A stretch of DNA of 64,000 nt, taken from assembly GCA_964016885.1 (NCBI GenBank), contig OZ024741.1:68882001-68946000 (forward strand). The letters run 5' to 3'. The position numbers and the translations under genes were made by a program. Positions 54,201 through 64,000 of this stretch are shown piece by piece (within the stretch, counting starts at the first letter, position 1; each line of letters begins with the position of its first letter). The DNA is from Eledone cirrhosa. Taxonomy: Eukaryota. The notes beneath the pieces were generated by a model. That model was not told the DNA's origin and searched no databases. It saw only the letters and a program-made list of their open reading frames with translations.

Positions 54201-57200
54201 ATAAAACATATAGAGCATGTTGTTACCAAGATAAAACATATAGACCATGTTGTTACCAAGATAAATCATGTGGACCATGTTGTTGCCAAGATAAAACATA
54301 GAGACCATATTGTTACCAATATAAAATATAAAGACCATGTTGTTGCCAAGATAAAACATATAGAACATGTTGTTACCAAGATAAAACATATAGACCATGT
54401 TGTTACCAAGATAAAACATAGGGACCATGTTGTTACCAAGATAAAACATATAAACCATGTTGTTACCAAGATAAAACATAGAGACCATGTTGTTGCCAAG
54501 ATAAAACATATAGACCATTATGTTACCAAGATAAAACATAGAGACCTTGTTGTTGCCAAGATAAAACATAAAGACCATGTTGTTGCCAAGATAAAACATA
54601 AAGAACATGTTGTTACCCAGATAAAACATATAGACCATGTTGTTACAAAGATAAAACATAGGGACCATGTTGTTGCCAAGATAAAACATATAGACCATGT
54701 TGTTATCAACGTAAAACATAGGGACCAAGATAAAACATAGAGACCATGTTGTTACCAAGATAAAACTTATAGACCATTATGTTACCAAGATAAAACATAG
54801 AGACCTTGTTGTTGCAAAGATAAAACATAAACACCATGTTGTTGCCAAGATAAAACATAAAGAACATGTTGTTACCAAGATAAAACATATAGACCATGTT
54901 GTTGACAAGATAAAACATAGGGACCATGTTGTTGCCAAGATAAAACATATAGACCATGTTGTTGCCAAGATAAAACATATAGACCATGTTTTTGCCAAGA
55001 TAAAACATATGGACCAAGATAAAACATAAAAACCATGTTGTTGCCTAGATAAAACATATAGACCATGTTGTTGCCAAGATAAAACATATAGACCATGTTG
55101 TTGCCAAGATAAAACATTAAGAACATGTTGTTACCCAGATAAAACATAAAGACCATGTTGTTGCCAAGATAAAACATATAGAACATGTTGTTACCAAGAT
55201 AAAACATGTAGACCATGTTGTTACCAAGATAAAACATAGGGACCATGTTGTTACCAAGATAAAACATATAAACCGTGTTGTTACCAAGATAAAACATATA
55301 GACCATGTTGTTACCAAGATAAAACATATAGACCATGTTGTTACCAAGATAAAACATAGGGACCAAGATAAGACATATTGAACATGTTGTTGCCAAGATA
55401 AAACATAGGGACCATGTTGTTACCAAGATAAAACATATAGACCATGTTGTTACCAAGATAAAACATATAGACCATGTTGTTGCCAAGACAAAAAAAAAGG
55501 ACCATGTTGTTACCAAGATAAAACATATAGAACATGTTGTTACCAAGATAAAACATAGGGACCACGTTGTTACCAAGATAAAACATAGAGACCATGTTGT
55601 TACCAAGATAAAACATAGAGACCATGTTGTTACCAAGATAAAACATAGGGACCAAGATAAAACATATAGACCATGTGGTTGAAAAGATAAAACATATAGA
55701 CCATGTTGTTACCAAGATAAAACATGGAGACCATGTTGTTACCAAGATAAAACATATAGAACATCTTGTTGCCAAGATAAAATATATAGACCATGTTGTT
55801 GCCAAGATAAATCATATAGACCATGTTGTAACAAGATAAACATATAGACCATGTTGTACAAAGATAAAACATATAGAGCATGTTGTTACCAAGATAAAAC
55901 ATATAGACCATGTTGTTACCAAGATAAAACATAAAGACCATATTGTTACCAAGATAAAACATAGGGACCAAGATAAAACATAGAGACTATGTTGTTACCA
56001 AGAGAAAACATATAGACCATGTTGTTACCAAGATAAAACATAGAGACCATGTTGTTACCAAGATAAAACATAGAGATCATGTTGTTACCATGATAAAACA
56101 TAGAGACCATGTTGTTACCAAGATAAAACGTAGAGACCATGTTGTTACCAAGATAAAACATATAGACCATGTTGTTACCAAAATAAAACATAGGGACCAA
56201 GATAAAACAGAGAGACCATGTTGTTGCCAAGATAAAACATAGAAACCATGTTGTTGCCAAGATAAAACATAGGGACCAAGATAAAACATAGAGACCATGT
56301 TCTTACCAAGATACAACATACAGATCATGTTATTACCAAGATAAAACATATAGAACATGCTGTTACCAAGATAAAACATTATAGACCATGTTGTTGCCAA
56401 GATAAAACATATAGACCATGTTGTTACCAAGATAAAAGATACAGACCATGTTGTTGCCAAGATAAAACATAAAGACCATGTCGTTACCAACATAAAACAT
56501 ATAGACCATGTTGTTACCAAGATAAAACATAGGGACCATGTTGTTACCAAGATAAAACATATAAACCATGTTGTTACCAAGATAAAACATATAGACCATG
56601 TTGTTACCAAGATAAAACATATAGACCATGTTGTTACCAAGATAAAACATAGGGACCAAGATAAGACATATTGAACATGTTGTTGCCAAGATAAAACATA
56701 GGGACCATGTTGTTACCAAGATAAAACATATAGACCATGTTGTTACCAAGATAAAACATATAGACCATGTTGTTGCCAAGACAAAAAAAAAGGACCATGT
56801 TGTTACCAAGATAAAACATATAGAACATGTTGTTACCAAGATAAAACATAGGGACCACGTTGTTACCAAGATAAAACATAGAGACCATGTTGTTACCAAG
56901 ATAAAACATAGAGACCATGTTGTTACCAAGATAAAACATAGGGACCAAGATAAAACATATAGACCATGTGGTTGAAAAGATAAAACATATAGACCATGTT
57001 GTTACCAAGATAAAACATGGAGACCATGTTGTTACCAAGATAAAACATATAGAACATCTTGTTGCCAAGATAAAATATATAGACCATGTTGTTGCCAAGA
57101 TAAATCATATAGACCATGTTGTAACAAGATAAACATATAGACCATGTTGTACAAAGATAAAACATATAGAGCATGTTGTTACCAAGATAAAACATATAGA

Positions 57201-60200
57201 CCATGTTGTTACCAAGATAAAACATAAAGACCATATTGTTACCAAGATAAAACATAGGGACCAAGATAAAACATAGAGACTATGTTGTTACCAAGAGAAA
57301 ACATATAGACCATGTTGTTACCAAGATAAAACATAGAGACCATGTTGTTACCAAGATAAAACATAGAGATCATGTTGTTACCATGATAAAACATAGAGAC
57401 CATGTTGTTACCAAGATAAAACGTAGAGACCATGTTGTTACCAAGATAAAACATATAGACCATGTTGTTACCAAAATAAAACATAGGGACCAAGATAAAA
57501 CAGAGAGACCATGTTGTTGCCAAGATAAAACATAGAAACCATGTTGTTGTCAAGATAAAACATAGGGACCAAGATAAAACATAGAGACCATGTTCTTACC
57601 AAGATACAACATACAGATCATGTTATTACCAAGATAAAACATATAGAACATGCTGTTACCAAGATAAAACATTATAGACCATGTTGTTGCCAAGATAAAA
57701 CATATAGACCATGTTGTTACCAAGATAAAAGATACAGACCATGTTGTTGCCAAGATAAAACATAAAGACCATGTCGTTACCAACATAAAACATATAGAGC
57801 ATGTTGTTACCAAGATAAAACATATAGACCATGTTGTTACCAAGATAAATCATGGGGACCATGTTGTTGCCAAGATAAAACATAGAGACCATATTGTTAC
57901 CAATATAAAATATAAAGACCATGTTGTTGCCAAGATAAAACATATAGAACATGTTGTTACCAAGATAAAACATATAGACCATGTTGTTACCAAGATAAAA
58001 CATAGGGACCATGTTGTTACCAAGATAAAACATATAAACCATGTTGTTACCAAGATAAAACATAGAGACCATGTTGTTGCCAAGATAAAACATATAGACC
58101 ATTATGTTACCAAGATAAAACATAGAGACCTTGTTGTTGCCAAGATAAAACATAAAGACCATGTTGTTGCCAAGATAAAACATAAAGAACATGTTGTTAC
58201 CCAGATAAAACATATAGACCATGTTGTTACAAAGATAAAACATAGGGACCATGTTGTTGCCAAGATAAAACATATAGACCATGTTGTTACCAAGATAAAA
58301 CTTATAGACCATTATGTTACCAAGATAAAACATAGAGACCTTGTTGTTGCAAAGATAAAACATAAACACCATGTTGTTGCCAAGATAAAACATAAAGAAC
58401 ATGTTGTTACCAAGATAAAACATATAGACCATGTTGTTGACAAGATAAAACATAGGGACCATGTTGTTGCCAAGATAAAACATATAGACCATGTTGTTGC
58501 CAAGATAAAACATATAGACCATGTTTTTGCCAAGATAAAACATATGGACCAAGATAAAACATAAAAACCATGTTGTTGCCTAGATAAAACATATAGACCA
58601 TGTTGTTGCCAAGATAAAACATATAGACCATGTTGTTGCCAAGATAAAACATTAAGAACATGTTGTTACCCAGATAAAACATATAGACCATGTTGTTGAC
58701 AAGATAAAACATAGGGACCATGTTGTTGCCAAGATAAGACATATAGACCATGTTGTTGCCAAGATAAAACATATAGACCATGTTTTTGCCAAGATAAAAC
58801 ATATGGACCAAGATAAAACATAAAAACCATGTTGTTGCCTAGATAAAACATATAGACCATGTTGTTGCCAAGATAAAACATATAGACCATGTTGTTGCCA
58901 AGATAAAACATTAAGAACATGTTGTTACCCAGATAAAACATAAAGACCATGTTGTTGCCAAGATAAAACATATAGAGCATGTTGTTACCAAGATAAAACA
59001 TATAGAGCATGTTGTTACCAACATAAAAATTATAGACCATGTTGTAACCAAGATAAAACATAAAGACCATATTGTTGCCAAGATAAAACATATAGACCAT
59101 GATGTTACAAAGATGAAACATAGGGACCAAGATAAAACTTAGAGACCATGTTGTTACCAAGATAAAACATATAGACCATGTTGTTACCAAGATAAAAGAT
59201 ATAGACCATGTTGTTGCCAAGAGGAAATATAAAGACCTTGTTGTTGCCAAGATAAAACATAAAGACCATGTTGTTGCCAAGATAAAACATAAAGAACATG
59301 TTGTTTCCCAGATAAAACATATAGACCATGTTGTTACAAAGATAAAACATAGGGACCATGTTGTTGCTAAGATAAAACATATAGACCATGTTGTTATCAA
59401 CGTAAAACATAGGGACCAAGATAAAACATAGAGACCATGTTGTTACCAAGATAAAACTTATAGACCATTATGTTACCAAGATAAAACATAGAGACCTTGT
59501 TGTTGCAAAGATAAAACATAAACACCATGTTGTTGCCAAGATAAAACATAAAGAACATGTTGTTACCAAGATAAAACATATAGACCATGTTGTTGACAAG
59601 ATAAAACATAGGGACCATGTTGTTGCCAAGATAAAACATATAGACCATGTTGTTGCCAAGATAAAACATATAGACCATGTTGTTACCAAGATAAAACATA
59701 TAGACCATGTTGTTACAAAAATAAAACATACAGACCATGTTGTTACCAAGATAAAATATAAAGACCATTTTGTTATCAACATAAAACATAGGGACCAAGA
59801 TAAAACATAGAGACCATGTTGTTACCAAGATAAAACATATAGACCATGTTGTTACCGAGATAAAACATAGAGATCATGTTGTTACCAAGATAAAACATAG
59901 AGACCATGTTGTTACTGAAATAAAACATAGGGACCAAGATAAAACATAGAGACCATGTTGTTGCCAAGATAAAACATAGAAACCATGTTGTTGCCAAGAT
60001 AAAACATATAGACCATGTTGTTAATAAGATAAAACATAAAGACCATGTTGTTACCAAGATAAAACATAAAGACCATGTCGTTACCAAGATAAAACATATA
60101 TACAATGTTGTTACCAAGGTAAAACATAGTAACCATGTTGTTACCGAGATTACACATATAGACCATGTTGTTGCCAAGATAAAACATATAGACCATGTTG

Positions 60201-63200
60201 TTACCAAGATAAAACATAGAGACCATGTTGTTACCAAGATAAAACATAGAGACCATGTTGTTACCAAGATAAAACATAGGGACCAAGATAAAACATAGGG
60301 ACCAAGATAAAACATAGAGACCATGTTGTTGCCAAGATAAAACATAGAAACCATGTTGTTGCCAAGATAAAACATAGGGACCAAGATAAAACATAGAGAC
60401 CATGTTGTTACCAAGATAAAACATAGAGACCATGTTGTTACCAAGATAAAACATAGAGACCATGTTGTTACCAAGATAAAACATAGGGACCAAGATAAAA
60501 CACAGACCATGTCGTTGCCAAGATAAAACATATAGACCATGTTGTTACCAAGATAAAACATATAGACCATGTTGTTGCCAAGATAAAACATAGAGACCAT
60601 ATTGTTACCAATATAAAATATAAAGACCATGTTGTTGCCAAGATAAAACATATAGAACATGTTGTTACCAAGATAAAACATATAGACCATGTTGTTACCA
60701 AGATAAAACATAGGGACCATGTTGTTACCAAGATAAAACATATAAACCATGTTGTTACCAAGATAAAACATAGAGACCATGTTGTTGCCAAGATAAAACA
60801 TATAGACCATTATGTTACCAAGATAAAACATAGAGACCTTGTTGTTGCCAAGATAAAACATAAAGACCATGTTGTTGCCAAGATAAAACATAAAGAACAT
60901 GTTGTTACCCAGATAAAACATATAGACCATGTTGTTACAAAGATAAAACATAGGGACCATGTTGTTGCCAAGATAAAACATATAGACCATGTTGTTACCA
61001 AGATAAAACTTATAGACCATTATGTTACCAAGATAAAACATAGAGACCTTGTTGTTGCAAAGATAAAACATAAACACCATGTTGTTGCCAAGATAAAACA
61101 TAAAGAACATGTTGTTACCAAGATAAAACATATAGACCATGTTGTTGACAAGATAAAACATAGGGACCATGTTGTTGCCAAGATAAAACATATAGACCAT
61201 GTTGTTGCCAAGATAAAACATATAGACCATGTTTTTGCCAAGATAAAACATATGGACCAAGATAAAACATAAAAACCATGTTGTTGCCTAGATAAAACAT
61301 ATAGACCATGTTGTTGCCAAGATAAAACATATAGACCATGTTGTTGCCAAGATAAAACATTAAGAACATGTTGTTACCCAGATAAAACATATAGACCATG
61401 TTGTTGACAAGATAAAACATAGGGACCATGTTGTTGCCAAGATAAGACATATAGACCATGTTGTTGCCAAGATAAAACATATAGACCATGTTTTTGCCAA
61501 GATAAAACATATGGACCAAGATAAAACATAAAAACCATGTTGTTGCCTAGATAAAACATATAGACCATGTTGTTGCCAAGATAAAACATATAGACCATGT
61601 TGTTGCCAAGATAAAACATTAAGAACATGTTGTTACCCAGATAAAACATAAAGACCATGTTGTTGCCAAGATAAAACATATAGAGCATGTTGTTACCAAG
61701 ATAAAACATATAGAGCATGTTGTTACCAACATAAAAATTATAGACCATGTTGTAACCAAGATAAAACATAAAGACCATATTGTTGCCAAGATAAAACATA
61801 TAGACCATGATGTTACAAAGATGAAACATAGGGACCAAGATAAAACTTAGAGACCATGTTGTTACCAAGATAAAACATATAGACCATGTTGTTACCAAGA
61901 TAAAAGATATAGACCATGTTGTTGCCAAGAGGAAATATAAAGACCTTGTTGTTGCCAAGATAAAACATAAAGACCATGTTGTTGCCAAGATAAAACATAA
62001 AGAACATGTTGTTTCCCAGATAAAACATATAGACCATGTTGTTACAAAGATAAAACATAGGGACCATGTTGTTGCTAAGATAAAACATATAGACCATGTT
62101 GTTATCAACGTAAAACATAGGGACCAAGATAAAACATAGAGACCATGTTGTTACCAAGATAAAACTTATAGACCATTATGTTACCAAGATAAAACATAGA
62201 GACCTTGTTGTTGCAAAGATAAAACATAAACACCATGTTGTTGCCAAGTTAAAACATAAAGAACATGTTGTTACCAAGATAAAACATATAGACCATGTTG
62301 TTGACAAGATAAAACATAGGGACCATGTTGTTGCCAAGATAAAACATATAGACCATGTTGTTGCCAAGATAAAACATATAGACCATGTTGTTACCAAGAT
62401 AAAACATATAGACCATGTTGTTACAAAAATAAAACATACAGACCATGTTGTTACCAAGATAAAATATAAAGACCATTTTGTTATCAACATAAAACATAGG
62501 GACCAAGATAAAACATAGAGACCATGTTGTTACCAAGATAAAACATATAGACCATGTTGTTACCGAGATAAAACATAGAGATCATGTTGTTACCAAGATA
62601 AAACATAGAGACCATGTTGTTACTGAAATAAAACATAGGGACCAAGATAAAACATAGAGACCATGTTGTTGCCAAGATAAAACATAGAAACCATGTTGTT
62701 GCCAAGATAAAACATATAGACCATGTTGTTAATAAGATAAAACATAAAGACCATGTTGTTACCAAGATAAAACATAAAGACCATGTCGTTACCAAGATAA
62801 AACATATATACAATGTTGTTACCAAGGTAAAACATAGTAACCATGTTGTTACCGAGATTACACATATAGACCATGTTGTTGCCAAGATAAAACATATAGA
62901 CCATGTTGTTACCAAGATAAAACATAGAGACCATGTTGTTACCAAGATAAAACATAGAGACCATGTTGTTACCAAGATAAAACATAGGGACCAAGATAAA
63001 ACATAGGGACCAAGATAAAACATAGAGACCATGTTGTTGCCAAGATAAAACATAGAAACCATGTTGTTGCCAAGATAAAACATAGGGACCAAGATAAAAC
63101 ATAGAGACCATGTTGTTACCAAGATAAAACATAGAGACCATGTTGTTACCAAGATAAAACATAGAGACCATGTTGTTACCAAGATAAAACATAGGGACCA

Positions 63201-64000
63201 AGATAAAACACAGACCATGTCGTTGCCAAGATAAAACATATAGACCATGTTGTTACCAAGATAAAACATATAGACCATGTTGTTGCCAAGATAAAACATA
63301 AGGACCATGTTGTTACCAAGATAAAACATACAGATCATGTTATTACCAAGATAAAACATATAGAACATGCTGTTACCAAGATAAAACATTATAGACCATG
63401 TTGTTGCCAAGATAAAACATATAGACCATGTTGTTACCAAGATAAAAGATACAGACTATGTTGTTGCCAAGATAAAACATAAAGACCATGTCGTTACCAA
63501 CATAAAACATATAGAGCATGTTGTTACCAACATAAAACATATAGACCATGTTGTTACCAAGATAAATCATGGGGACCATGTTGTTGCCAAGATAAAACAT
63601 AGAGACCATATTGTTACCAATATAAAATATAAAGACCATGTTGTTGCCAAGATAAAACATATAGAACATGTTGTTACCAAGATAAAACATATAGACCATG
63701 TTGTTACCAAGATAAAACATAGGGACCATGTTGTTACCAAGATAAAACATATAAACCATGTTGTTACCAAGATAAAACATAGAGACCATGTTGTTGCCAA
63801 GATAAAACATATAGACCATTATGTTACCAAGATAAAACATAGAGATCTTGTTGTTGCCAAGATAAAACATAAAGACCATGTTGTTGCCAAGATAAAACAT
63901 AAAGAACATGTTGTTACCCAGATAAAACATATAGACCATGTTGTTACAAAGATAAAACATAGGGACCATGTTGTTGCCAAGATAAAACATATAGACCATG
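33239..64000. repeat. Satellite DNA: 30-bp monomer ACCAAGATAAAACATATAGACCATGTTGTT with 19-bp variant ACCAAGATAAAACATAGGG
   Basis: Uninterrupted single-orientation tandem array of >30.7 kb (about a thousand monomers) continuing past the window end. Confidence 0.99.

Noticed and set aside
33119-63999. Long repetitive ORFs (MFYLGNNMVY, VTTWSICFIL, TKIKHIDHVV) up to 494 aa
   Set aside because: They result from a 30-bp monomer lacking stops in several frames; 19-, 29- and 31-bp variants shift frame constantly, so there is no sign of coding constraint.
33239-64000. CRISPR-like array
   Set aside because: Monomers are contiguous with no unique spacers, there are no cas genes, and the context is eukaryotic.

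Overview
Repeat-saturated eukaryotic DNA, most likely from a cephalopod (Octopus-like, judged from the SINE families and dense (TA)n/(CA)n microsatellites). No intact host protein-coding gene is recognisable. The left half (1-33.2 kb) is a mosaic of microsatellites, tRNA-derived SINEs, decayed LINEs (CR1-like, RTE-like, one restriction-like-endonuclease type), DNA-transposon MITEs, a Helitron-like element and fragments of Penelope-like elements (PLEs; GIY-YIG with a CxCx5C linker). The main signal is a dense set of type I hammerhead ribozyme (HHR) motifs, about 17 intact or decayed copies from roughly ten sequence families within 26 kb. Most sit in short non-coding cassettes inserted in (TA)n tracts, often as fold-backs or partial tandem repeats. 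Several unrelated families share an atypical pyrimidine-pyrimidine pair at the base of stem II. One family is physically joined to a PLE ORF start. The right half (33.24-64 kb, running off the window) is one 30-bp satellite with a 19-bp deletion variant and nested higher-order duplications. All ORFs over the satellite and microsatellites are artefacts. Structures were folded by eye; no computation or database search was run.
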